A DNA stretch of 64,000 bases from an uncultured Eubacteriales bacterium (lineage in GTDB: Bacteria; Bacillota; Clostridia; Peptostreptococcales; Anaerovoracaceae), in contig ONJG01000013.1 of NCBI GenBank assembly GCA_900318105.1, forward strand, positions 5,089-69,088, in the 5' to 3' direction. Position numbers and translations under genes: made by a program. This document shows positions 29,273-37,892 of this stretch, in pieces (within the stretch, counting starts at the first letter, position 1; every line of letters starts with the position of its first letter). The notes under the pieces were generated by a model, which had not been told where the DNA came from, searched no databases, and saw only the letters and a program-made list of their open reading frames with translations.

Positions 29273-32200
29273 TCAGATGCGCTCAACCTTGATGCCGGTC
29301 TTATGACCGTTGATATCGAAACTGTCAAGTCCGCTTGCATTTTCAATAGATACGGCTATCGTCTCATCCATGATGAAATCCTTTGCGTCATTAGCCGCTT
29401 TGCTGATTTCATCATCTGCTTCAAGGTAGATTTTAATCTGATCCATCATCTCGAAATCAGCCTGCTTTCTGAGCTGCTGTATTTTGGAGATGATCTCTCT
29501 TACATAACCCTGATCGATGAGTTCCCGGGTAAGAGTCGTGTCAAGGATTACAAACACGTTGTTATCCATGCCTACCACAAAGCCTTCCTTTGAGGAAATC
29601 CTTACATCAAGATAGTCTTCAGTAATCTCGTATTTTTCGCCGCCGAGCTCCATCTCGAGCGGTCCCTGAGCGATTTTTGAAATAGTCTCCTTTGCATCAA
29701 AGCCGGAGAGCTTTGAGCCGAATTCCTTTATATTCTTTCCAAGTACAGGTCCCGCAGTCTTGAAGTTTGGCTTGATCTGGAAGTTCATGTACTTATCAAG
29801 ATCATCTTCGAACTGAACTTCGTGTACATTGAGCTCTTCCATGATAAGTCCGGTGAGGTCACCAATAATATCTTTATAGTTACCATCTACAATGACCTTT
29901 GAAAGCGGCTGTCTTACCTTGAGTTTTTCCTGTTCTCTGGTGCTGCGTCCGAGATTGACAAGGGTCTTTACCAGGTCCATTCTCTCTTCAACCTTATCAT
30001 CTATCAGGCTTTCATCAGCCTTTGGATAATATGCGGTATGTACGGTTTCTTCTCCGGTAAGTTTTGTGTAGATTTCGTCTGCGATAAACGGTGCTACCGG
30101 CGCCATCATCTTGGCAACGCCTGTCAGAACTTCATAAGTCGTCGCATATGCAGCTCTCTTGTCAGCGCTCATGTTCTCGCCTTCGCCCTCGGCAAAGAAT
30201 CTTCTTCTGGCTCTTCTGATATACCAGTTTGACAGGTCTCCGTCGATAAACTCGCTGATAGCCCTTACGGTCCTCATGTGATCGTACTCGTCCATGGATT
30301 CCGTTGTCGATTTAATGAGTTTGTTGTACTTTGAGATAATCCATCTGTCGAGTTCGGGTCTTTCGGCATAAGGCACATCGAAATACTTAGTCTCAGCCTT
30401 GTCTATATTTGCATAGAGACAGAAGAAATTATATGTATTTCTCAGCGTGCTGAACACCTTGCTGATAACTTCTTTTACACCGTCCTCGTCATATTTGGTC
30501 GGTGTCCACGCAGGTGATGTCTGAAGGAGATACCACCTTACTGCATCGGCTCCGTATTTATCCATCTGATCGAACGGATCAACGGTGTTTCCGATGTGCT
30601 TGCTCATTTTCTTTCCGTTCTTGTCGAGTATGAGGTCGTTTACGAGCACGTTTCTGTACGGCGCACATCCCTTTACTATGGTTGATATGGCCATAAGTGA
30701 ATAGAACCATCCCCTGGTCTGGTCGATTCCCTCGTTGATGAAATCAGCAGGGAAAAGCTCCTCATCGAATTTGTCTGCATTTTCAAACGGATAATGCCAC
30801 TGTGCATAAGGCATCGCACCTGAGTCAAACCAGCAGTCCATAACTTCCGGTATCCTGTGCATGCTCTTTCCGCACTCGGGGCATTTGATGGTTATGTCAT
30901 CCACATAAGGTCTGTGGAGCTCTATCGACATATCGATATCCTGCTCAACGTCCGCGATAAGCTGTTCACGCGATCCCACGCAGTGAAGGTGTCCGCACTC
31001 GCACTTCCAGATCGGAATCGGAGTTCCCCAGTATCTGGATCTCGAAATAGCCCAGTCCTTGACGTCCTCGAGCCAGTTGCCGAATCTCTTTTCTCCGACA
31101 TAAGGCGGATACCAGTTGACCGTGTTGTTGTTTGCAACGAGCTGATCTCTCAGCTTGGTCATCTCTATGTACCAGGACTTGTTTGCATAGTATACAAGAG
31201 GAGTGCCGCATCTCCAGCAGTGCGGATATGCGTGCTCCATTTTTTGCTTGGAATAAATCTTGTTGTCCTGTGCGAGATACTTGATGATATCCACATCAAG
31301 TCCGTCTTCCATTACAAATCTGCCTGCCCATGGTGTCTCGGTATAGCAGCCTCTCTCATCAACGGGCTGCATTACTGCGAGATTGTACTTGCGTCCGCAG
31401 TTATAGTCGTCTTCACCGAAAGCAGGTGCCGTATGAACGATGCCCGTGCCGTCTTCCGTGGATACATAATCCATACATGTCACGATGAATGCGTTCTTTC
31501 CCTCTTCCGGTTTTACGAACGGCTCGAGCTGATCATAAGTCCAGTACTCCATTTCTGAGCCCTTGATCTTTTCAACCACCTCATATTCATCATTGGCCAG
31601 CACCTTGCCTGCAAGAGCCTCGGCCAGCCAGAGGTAATCACCCTCGCTGTCTCCTGACTTCATCAGGCATTTGACGTAATCGATATCCGGACCGACCGTA
31701 AGTGCGATATTTGATGCGAGAGTCCACGGAGTTGTGGTCCATGCGAGGAAATACTCATTATCATTGTCGCAGTTCGTACGATGGAATCTGCAGGTAAGGG
31801 TGTTTACCTTAACATCCTTGTAGCCCTGTGCCACCTCGTGCGAAGCAAGGCCCGTTCCGCAGCGCGGGCAGTATGGAAGAATCTTATATCCCTCATATAC
31901 GAGTCCTTTATCAAAGGCGTTCTTTATAATCCACCAGCCGGTCTCGATATAATCATTTTTGTAGGTGATATACGGGTCTTCCATGTCCGCAAGATAAGCC
32001 ATCTTTTCGGACATATCCGTCCACATCTGTGTGTATTTAAATACGGATTCACGACATTTTTCGTTGAATTCCTTGATTCCGTATTTTTCTATGTTTTGTT
32101 TTCCGGAGAGACCAAGCTGTTTTTCAACCTCTATCTCAACAGGGAGTCCGTGAGTATCCCAGCCACCTTTGCGCTTGACCTGAAATCCCTGCATGGTCTT

Positions 32201-32410
32201 GTATCTGTTGATCGAGTCCTTGAGGGTCCTGGCCATCATATGATGTATGCCGGGCTTGCCGTTGGCAGTAGGCGGACCTTCGTAGAATACGAACGAAGGT
32301 GATCCTTCACGTGCTTTTACGCAGAGATTGAGCATGTCCATCTTGTTCCATTCTTTGACCTGCTCCGCCTGAACCTCAGCTACTGGTTTATCCGATAAAT
32401 TCTGAAACAT
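29273..32410 (-). CDS. ileS: isoleucine--tRNA ligase, long type-2 (eukaryote-like) form
   Basis: 1045-aa ORF with the HIGH region GPPTANGKPGIHH and a KMSKHIGN (KMSKS) loop. The length and HIGH context match IleRS2 rather than the roughly 920-aa IleRS1. Confidence 0.95.
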   Translation of the reverse strand: MFQNLSDKPVAEVQAEQVKEWNKMDMLNLCVKAREGSPSFVFYEGPPTANGKPGIHHMMARTLKDSINRYKTMQGFQVKRKGGWDTHGLPVEIEVEKQLGLSGKQNIEKYGIKEFNEKCRESVFKYTQMWTDMSEKMAYLADMEDPYITYKNDYIETGWWIIKNAFDKGLVYEGYKILPYCPRCGTGLASHEVAQGYKDVKVNTLTCRFHRTNCDNDNEYFLAWTTTPWTLASNIALTVGPDIDYVKCLMKSGDSEGDYLWLAEALAGKVLANDEYEVVEKIKGSEMEYWTYDQLEPFVKPEEGKNAFIVTCMDYVSTEDGTGIVHTAPAFGEDDYNCGRKYNLAVMQPVDERGCYTETPWAGRFVMEDGLDVDIIKYLAQDNKIYSKQKMEHAYPHCWRCGTPLVYYANKSWYIEMTKLRDQLVANNNTVNWYPPYVGEKRFGNWLEDVKDWAISRSRYWGTPIPIWKCECGHLHCVGSREQLIADVEQDIDMSIELHRPYVDDITIKCPECGKSMHRIPEVMDCWFDSGAMPYAQWHYPFENADKFDEELFPADFINEGIDQTRGWFYSLMAISTIVKGCAPYRNVLVNDLILDKNGKKMSKHIGNTVDPFDQMDKYGADAVRWYLLQTSPAWTPTKYDEDGVKEVISKVFSTLRNTYNFFCLYANIDKAETKYFDVPYAERPELDRWIISKYNKLIKSTTESMDEYDHMRTVRAISEFIDGDLSNWYIRRARRRFFAEGEGENMSADKRAAYATTYEVLTGVAKMMAPVAPFIADEIYTKLTGEETVHTAYYPKADESLIDDKVEERMDLVKTLVNLGRSTREQEKLKVRQPLSKVIVDGNYKDIIGDLTGLIMEELNVHEVQFEDDLDKYMNFQIKPNFKTAGPVLGKNIKEFGSKLSGFDAKETISKIAQGPLEMELGGEKYEITEDYLDVRISSKEGFVVGMDNNVFVILDTTLTRELIDQGYVREIISKIQQLRKQADFEMMDQIKIYLEADDEISKAANDAKDFIMDETIAVSIENASGLDSFDINGHKTGIKVERI

Positions 32411-32512
32411 ATGAGTTATTTCTCCTGTAAATTATAGTTTTGTTTGCTCCCGCAATTGCTCATTTTAACACATCAGAGCATCTCATAACAGTCTGATTAT
32501 TTGAAAACAGCG

Positions 32513-34435
32513 CTATCTCTTTTTGGGTCCCGGTTTTTTGTCGCCTTTGCCGTCTTTATTACGATAAAACTCATTGCGCTGAGCTCTCTCCTCCGCCCTT
32601 CTCATCTTTACGTAGGCTGCGAGGTCGTTACTGTCAATTTCCATTATCTCCTTGTCTGTTTCAACATTGGAGATAATATCGGACACTCTGTCATAACTCT
32701 TGATAAAGAGTTCAACTGACTGTTTTATAGTGTTCATCCTGTCACTGTTTTCCGATTCCTTCATGACAGATTCCATTCCGTACTCGTCCTCTACTGCGTG
32801 ATTGGTTGTGTTCCTGACATCTCCGACATAATAGTAGGCAAACATCAGGTTAAGGAGCGCTTCCTGATCGGGGCAGATTGTATGGGAGCGTATGAATCCT
32901 TCATCCGGATCATCAATCTGTTTAACCCTGAATTTTGCATATTCTCTGTGATACAGCCTTCTGTCTTTTTTCTGGCCGACTGCACCCCTGCCGTAGAACT
33001 TCACAAAGTAATGCGAAATATCATCCATTTTGTATTTTTCAAATGGTTTCATATCATAATAAATCTGACCGAAATTGTTAATTACGGCTTCTTTCTCTTC
33101 TTCACTGCTGCAATAGTAGTAAATGCCTTTTTCAACAAAATCTTTGGGTGCCCTGGACTCGATGATTGTAAGAGTCTGTTGCCAGAATTCCTTTCTGTAA
33201 GCCCATTTGACAAGGTCTATAAACTCTATTTCATCCGTCTCGAGGAGATGTCCGTAATCATCGACTATGGCCTGTCCTATGTAAGTGAAGAAATGCTCCG
33301 TAAATGTCGAGCCGGCAACCACTTCATCTCCGGTTTTAAGGAGATTTCTGAGACTGGAGATACCCCTCTCAATATCTGAAATATCGCAAAGAGATATACC
33401 AATGTCTATATTTCTCATAGCATACAGGACGCTCTCTATATATTCGTTGCGAACGCCCGTCCTGTTCCAGTAGTCAAGGAGTATATCTGTCTTGCCGTAT
33501 CTGAGAAATGCTCTCGCACCTGCGAGAAGCTCGTTTATTCCGAATGATTCTGTGCTGTCGCTGATCCTGTTTGCGAGCTCATCCTGATCCTTTGTGGTGG
33601 TTACGATTTTGACCAGATTGAGATTGCTGTTCGGAAAAGCTTTAAGCGCATCCATGAGGTTTACCAGAATAAATGAGTCGGTAATGTCGTCGCTCTGCAG
33701 ACACATATAGAGCTCTACTTCGTTTCCATTCTGGGCATTTGCGATTTCCTGGAGGCAGCTTATTAGCCTGTCGAGCATGATGCCCTTTCCTCTCTTGAGT
33801 GAGATGAACCTCACCTTGACATCGTCGTTGCTGTCCAGCGCCTCGAATTTCGAGGAATCTTTCATTTCCTCATGAAGATAATTGGATATCCACCTGGTGC
33901 AGCTGACTAAATCCGCATCCTTGGCAAACTCATTTTGTACGGACTCAATCAATTCGGCTCTCAGTCTGCTGTCCTGCGCAAGTATGTCAAAGAACTTGTT
34001 GAACTTGTGAGTGCCGTCCGTATTCACTCTTTCCCTGAAGAATTTCTTGAGAAACTCTTCCAGCCTGTCCTGAACTTCAGGCGCCACGAGATCTCTCAGG
34101 TCCTGTTTTTCAATATCTATTTCATCGATAAACTCAGCCAGTCTGTACCTGAGCAGGCTGTATGTTGAAAGCGTGTTTGTGTCGGATGCATAGAAAGACT
34201 TGCCTTCTTTAAGGACGATTGGAATAAGGTCGTCACCCTCGTCGAATGTAGACTTTGTACCGAAAGTGACTATCTCATCGATGTCATAATTCGAGAGCAT
34301 GTATTTGCAGCTTGCCTCGGCAGACATCATGGCATCGCAGTACATCCTGCGTTCGCCCTGTTTTGCAAAGTAATAGTTGAGTCCCTCATTGGAATCCCCT
34401 CTGTAGAGGGATGTAATCATAACTCTGTATTTCAT
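32513..34435 (-). CDS. CARF-HEPN protein (Csx1/Csm6-like), orphan
   Basis: 640 aa counted from the ATG at 34435, which has AAGGAGA 6 nt upstream; the ORF-track start at 34453 overlaps that RBS. The N-terminus MKYRVMITSLYRG...EIVTFGTKST looks like a CARF beta1 strand and loop. DITDSF sits where the DxTHG motif would be. The C-terminal VRNTTNHA (32798-32815) is an R-x4-H HEPN motif. Confidence 0.6.
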   Translation of the reverse strand: MKYRVMITSLYRGDSNEGLNYYFAKQGERRMYCDAMMSAEASCKYMLSNYDIDEIVTFGTKSTFDEGDDLIPIVLKEGKSFYASDTNTLSTYSLLRYRLAEFIDEIDIEKQDLRDLVAPEVQDRLEEFLKKFFRERVNTDGTHKFNKFFDILAQDSRLRAELIESVQNEFAKDADLVSCTRWISNYLHEEMKDSSKFEALDSNDDVKVRFISLKRGKGIMLDRLISCLQEIANAQNGNEVELYMCLQSDDITDSFILVNLMDALKAFPNSNLNLVKIVTTTKDQDELANRISDSTESFGINELLAGARAFLRYGKTDILLDYWNRTGVRNEYIESVLYAMRNIDIGISLCDISDIERGISSLRNLLKTGDEVVAGSTFTEHFFTYIGQAIVDDYGHLLETDEIEFIDLVKWAYRKEFWQQTLTIIESRAPKDFVEKGIYYYCSSEEEKEAVINNFGQIYYDMKPFEKYKMDDISHYFVKFYGRGAVGQKKDRRLYHREYAKFRVKQIDDPDEGFIRSHTICPDQEALLNLMFAYYYVGDVRNTTNHAVEDEYGMESVMKESENSDRMNTIKQSVELFIKSYDRVSDIISNVETDKEIMEIDSNDLAAYVKMRRAEERAQRNEFYRNKDGKGDKKPGPKKR

Positions 34436-34481
34436 AATAGTTCTCCTTTTCAAACCCGCTATATTGTATCATATAATTGCG

Positions 34482-34510
34482 TTGACGCTTAGGTTTACAA
34501 GATATAAAAT
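34482..34510 (+). promoter_or_regulatory. sigma-A-type promoter for the 34548 gene
   Basis: TTGACG (34482-34487), a 17-nt spacer, then TAAAAT (34505-34510). It lies about 38 nt upstream of the ATG, which has an AAAGGAAG RBS. Confidence 0.5.
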
Positions 34511-34547
34511 TACAAAAAATTCAGCTTATTTCGATTGAAAGGAAGAC

Positions 34548-34874
34548 ATGCCTCTAATTATTCTGGGAGCAATAGTTGTAATAGCAATCATCATTTACTG
34601 GTATATCGGAAATCAAAACAGTGATGAACCCATAGATCCGCGCGAAATACGCGACCGGTATTCACACGCCTTTGAAGAAAAAGCCAGAGACATCGCAAAC
34701 GGCGTCGGAGACGATATCAAAAAAACCGTCAGGAAACGCGCCGGCATATTCGATGTCGACTACGATGTTGAGGATGACGGATACGGGGCCCGTGATTCAA
34801 AGGATCCTGAAGACAACACCATCCCGTTTCCATCAGATGTTGAAGGCGAAAAACGAAAACGCGATATCCATTGA
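34548..34874 (+). CDS. small membrane-anchored acidic protein, hypothetical
   Basis: 108-aa ORF with one N-terminal TM helix (PLIILGAIVVIAIIIYWYI) and a charged D/E/K-rich tail. Its own promoter, RBS and downstream terminator support expression. Confidence 0.6.
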   Translation: MPLIILGAIVVIAIIIYWYIGNQNSDEPIDPREIRDRYSHAFEEKARDIANGVGDDIKKTVRKRAGIFDVDYDVEDDGYGARDSKDPEDNTIPFPSDVEGEKRKRDIH

Positions 34875-34900
34875 AAACCGTTATCCGGTAACGGATGAAT

Positions 34901-34940
34901 AAAATCAAAAGGCGGTTCGTATGAACCGCCTCTTTTGTTT
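34901..34940. terminator. bidirectional rho-independent terminator
   Basis: Stem aggcggttc (34910-34918) / gaaccgcct (34923-34931) with a 4-nt loop. An A-run lies upstream and a T-run downstream. It sits between convergent genes. Confidence 0.8.
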
Positions 34941-34942
34941 GC

Positions 34943-35260
34943 TTATTTGAGTTCGCTCTTGATCTGTTCGAATTTCTCTTTGAGCTTGTCGTCGAGATCT
35001 GTGTTTCCAAGAACGTCATCAGCCATAGCCTTGAGATCGCTTACCTTGGACATTACTTTTTCATCGAGATCTGTTTTTCCGAGAACGTCCTTGGCCTTGG
35101 AGAGTGCCTTCTCGTCGAGGTCTGTTCCCTCGAGGACTGCATCAGCCTTGGTCTTGAGTTCAGTGAACTTGGCTACTGCCTTTTCATCAAGGTCTGTTTT
35201 GTTCAGAGCTTCCTCTGCAGCTTTTTTAAGTTCTGCTGCGAATTTTGCGAAATCTGCCAT
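34943..35260 (-). CDS. small hydrophilic TDLDEK-repeat protein, hypothetical
   Basis: 105-aa K/E/D-rich ORF with four copies of the (G)xTDLD(E/D)K motif. It has an AAAGGAGA RBS and ends at the bidirectional terminator. Confidence 0.65.
   Translation of the reverse strand: MADFAKFAAELKKAAEEALNKTDLDEKAVAKFTELKTKADAVLEGTDLDEKALSKAKDVLGKTDLDEKVMSKVSDLKAMADDVLGNTDLDDKLKEKFEQIKSELK
34986..35200 (-). repeat. in-frame tandem repeats encoding the TDLDEK motif
   Basis: The core tc(g/a)tc(g/a)ag(a/g)tctgt recurs, with tctgt at 34998, 35070, 35121 and 35193. The spacings are 72, 51 and 72 bp, which equal 24, 17 and 24 codons. Confidence 0.7.
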
Positions 35261-35322
35261 AATTGTCTCCTTTCAACAATTGATAACTTAAGTGTTATTG
35301 TATGATATTTTACTTATGCAAG

Positions 35323-35339
35323 ATTAATCCCGGATTAAT
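35323..35339. promoter_or_regulatory. 8-1-8 palindrome between pnp and the repeat-protein gene (weak terminator or operator)
   Basis: The sequence attaatcc-c-ggattaat. On the minus strand it abuts a TTGCAT hexamer. Its function is unknown. Confidence 0.3.
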
Positions 35340-35345
35340 TTACTT

Positions 35346-37463
35346 TTAATCTTTGACGAGCTCCTTGCGTGAAAGGTTGATCCTGTTCTGGCTGTCAATC
35401 TCCGTAACCTTTACGGTCACTTTGTCTCCGATGTTCATAACATCCTCGACCTTTTCAACCCTGTGATTTGCAATCTTCGAAATATGAAGCAGTCCTTCCT
35501 TACCTGGCAGGATCTCGATAAATGCACCGAAGTTCATAATTCTGGTAACGGTACCTTCGTAGATTTCTCCGACCTCAACATCCTTTGTGATGAGTTCAAT
35601 CTCCTTCTTTGCAGCCTCAGCGCTTTCCTGATCAACTGCGTAGATGGCGATGAATCCGACATCATCATCGGAAATATCGATCTTGGCACCGGTCTCCTCG
35701 ACGATTCTGTTTACGGTCTTTCCTCCCGGTCCGATTACGAGTCTTACCTTATCAGGATCGATTCTCATGCTGATAAACCTAGGAGCATACGGGCTGAGCT
35801 CTTTGCGTGGCTCAGGAATCTCCTCGAGCATGTTCTGGAGGATGTGCGCCCTTCCGACCTTGGCCTGTTCAAGCGCCTGCTCCATAATCTCCTTGGAAAG
35901 GCCGTGAACCTTGATGTCCATCTGAAGAGCAGTAACACCATCAGGTGTGCCCGTTACCTTGAAGTCCATGTCTCCGAGGAAGTCTTCCATGCCCTGAATA
36001 TCGCTCAGGATGGCGAACTTGCTGGAGCCGTCTTCGTTGAATCCTTCGATAAGGCCCATTGCGATACCACTGACAGGCTTTTTAATCGGAACGCCTGCAT
36101 CCATCAGTGCGAGCGTGGAGCCGCATGTTGAAGCCATTGAAGATGATCCGTTGGATGAGAGAATCTCGGATACCACTCTGATGGCATACGGGAACTCCTC
36201 CTCGCTCGGAAGCACCGGCAGAAGCGCTCTTTCAGCAAGAGCACCATGACCGATTTCTCTTCTGCCAGGTGATCTTGACGGCTTGGCCTCGCCTGTGCAG
36301 TATCCCGGGAAGTTGTACTGATGCATATATCTCTTTCTCGTTACATCGTCATCGATGCCGTCGAGCCACTGCGCTTCCGAAAGCGGTGCGAGTGTAGCGA
36401 TTGAAAGAGCCTGTGTCTGTCCTCTCTTGAAGAGTCCGGATCCGTGAGTTCTCGGAAGATATCCCGTCTCGCTCCAGAGCGGTCTGATCTCATCAGGTCT
36501 TCTGTCATCAGGTCTTACGCCCTCATCAAGGATTCTGCGTCTTACCTCTTCCTTTTTGATGTTATAGAGAACCTCGTCAACCTCGGCCATTCTGTCTTCG
36601 AATTCCTCTGCAAAATGCTCTTTTGCATCCTCTGCAACAGCGTCCATGTTGGCGATTCTTTCCTGCTTGTCGAATGTGTAGATTGCATCAACCATCTTCT
36701 GTGTTGAATACTCTCTTACTGCGGCATCAACGTCTTCGCCTGCCTTGAATACGACATAATCCTGTTTTTCCTTGCCGACCTCGGCTACGATATCCTTGAT
36801 GAATCTGCAGATATCCTTGATAGCCTCATGTCCGAAAAGAATAGCCTCGAGCATCTTCTCTTCGGGTACCTCATTTGCACCTGCCTCTACCATCATGATG
36901 GCTTCTTCTGTTCCGCAGATATCGAGGTGCAGATCGGATTTCTGTCTCTGCTCGAATGTAGGATTGAGCACGAGCTCTCCGTCCACTATTCCGACGATAA
37001 CGCCGGCAGTCGGACCGTCCCATGGAATATCTGAAATGGCAAGTGCCACGGATGTACCGATAAGCGATGCCACCTCAGGTGAGCAGTCGTGGTCGACAGA
37101 AAATGCTGTGGCTGTCACAACTACATCATTTCTGTATCCCTTTGGGAAAAGCGGTCTGAGAGGTCTGTCGATAAGCCTTGAAACAAGTGTGGCTTTATCG
37201 CTCGGACGTCCTTCTCTTTTGAGATAACCACCCGGGATCTTTCCAACCGAGTAGAGCTTTTCCTCAAAATTGCAGGTCAGCGGGAAGAAATCCACATCCT
37301 GCTTCGGTTCCTTGCTTGCGCAGACAGTGCAGCTGATGACCGTGTCGCCGTATCTGACAACTGCCTGTCCGTTGGCCTGCTCTGCGATCTTTCCGATTTC
37401 AACCTCGAGAAGTCTGCCGCCGAGTGCCGTCTTATAAGTCTTGTAATCTTCGTATCTACCCAT
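35346..37463 (-). CDS. pnp: polyribonucleotide nucleotidyltransferase (PNPase)
   Basis: 705-aa ORF with two RNase PH domains plus KH and S1 domains (VGEIYEGTVTRIMNFGAFIEILPGKEGLLHIS). Confidence 0.97.
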   Translation of the reverse strand: MGRYEDYKTYKTALGGRLLEVEIGKIAEQANGQAVVRYGDTVISCTVCASKEPKQDVDFFPLTCNFEEKLYSVGKIPGGYLKREGRPSDKATLVSRLIDRPLRPLFPKGYRNDVVVTATAFSVDHDCSPEVASLIGTSVALAISDIPWDGPTAGVIVGIVDGELVLNPTFEQRQKSDLHLDICGTEEAIMMVEAGANEVPEEKMLEAILFGHEAIKDICRFIKDIVAEVGKEKQDYVVFKAGEDVDAAVREYSTQKMVDAIYTFDKQERIANMDAVAEDAKEHFAEEFEDRMAEVDEVLYNIKKEEVRRRILDEGVRPDDRRPDEIRPLWSETGYLPRTHGSGLFKRGQTQALSIATLAPLSEAQWLDGIDDDVTRKRYMHQYNFPGYCTGEAKPSRSPGRREIGHGALAERALLPVLPSEEEFPYAIRVVSEILSSNGSSSMASTCGSTLALMDAGVPIKKPVSGIAMGLIEGFNEDGSSKFAILSDIQGMEDFLGDMDFKVTGTPDGVTALQMDIKVHGLSKEIMEQALEQAKVGRAHILQNMLEEIPEPRKELSPYAPRFISMRIDPDKVRLVIGPGGKTVNRIVEETGAKIDISDDDVGFIAIYAVDQESAEAAKKEIELITKDVEVGEIYEGTVTRIMNFGAFIEILPGKEGLLHISKIANHRVEKVEDVMNIGDKVTVKVTEIDSQNRINLSRKELVKD

Positions 37464-37625
37464 TTATTAACAACTCCTTCCTGTTAATTCATTTCTCTTC
37501 TATGGGCATGCCGATTTTTAACTATCGGCGCTTATGGTTTGTATGCTCTCAGATTTCCTCTCTCCGTAAGGTTTTCGCAAAACATACACAAAGCGGGAGG
37601 CGTGCTCCCGCTTCGATTCAAATAA
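37464..37625 (-). promoter_or_regulatory. rpsO-pnp intergenic leader containing hairpins
   Basis: A 162-nt untranslated spacer. It contains the rpsO-proximal hairpin and a second hairpin, gccgat...atcggc, at about 37510-37535. The arrangement is analogous to known pnp leaders. Confidence 0.4.
37591..37613 (-). terminator. hairpin downstream of rpsO (terminator or attenuator / processing stem)
   Basis: GC-rich stem aagcgggag / ctcccgctt with a short loop. On the minus strand it is followed by uguguauguuuug. Confidence 0.55.
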
Positions 37626-37892
37626 TTATTTTCTGAGTCCCAGACGAGCGATAAGGCTTCTGTATCTTTCGATATCAGTTTCTCTGAGATATTTCAGAAG
37701 GTTTCTTCTCTGACCTACCATCTTGAGCAGACCTCTTCTTGAATGGAAGTCCTTGTGGTGCTCTTTAAGATGCTCGTTGAGGTCGTTGATTCTGTAAGTG
37801 AGGATTGCTACCTGAACCTCAGGGGATCCTGTGTCACCCTCGGATGTAGCATACTCTTTGATGATTTCCTGTTTCTTTTCTTTTGTAAGCAT
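37626..37892 (-). CDS. rpsO: 30S ribosomal protein S15
   Basis: 88-aa ORF reading [14 protein letters not shown]...[14 protein letters not shown]...[23 protein letters not shown]. Confidence 0.97.
   Translation of the reverse strand: MLTKEKKQEIIKEYATSEGDTGSPEVQVAILTYRINDLNEHLKEHHKDFHSRRGLLKMVGQRRNLLKYLRETDIERYRSLIARLGLRK

Noticed and set aside
32411-32512. A possible T-box or other riboswitch leader upstream of ileS.
   Set aside because: Only 102 nt are available. I could find no specifier-loop or T-box (AAUUAGGGUGGUACCGCG-like) sequence and no terminator/antiterminator pair.
34986-35200. Regularly spaced short repeats, considered as a possible mini CRISPR array next to the CARF-HEPN gene.
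   Set aside because: The repeats are only about 15-18 nt and imperfect. They are in frame within a well-signalled ORF, with spacings of 72/51/72 bp that are multiples of three. They encode the TDLDEK motif. This is not a CRISPR architecture.
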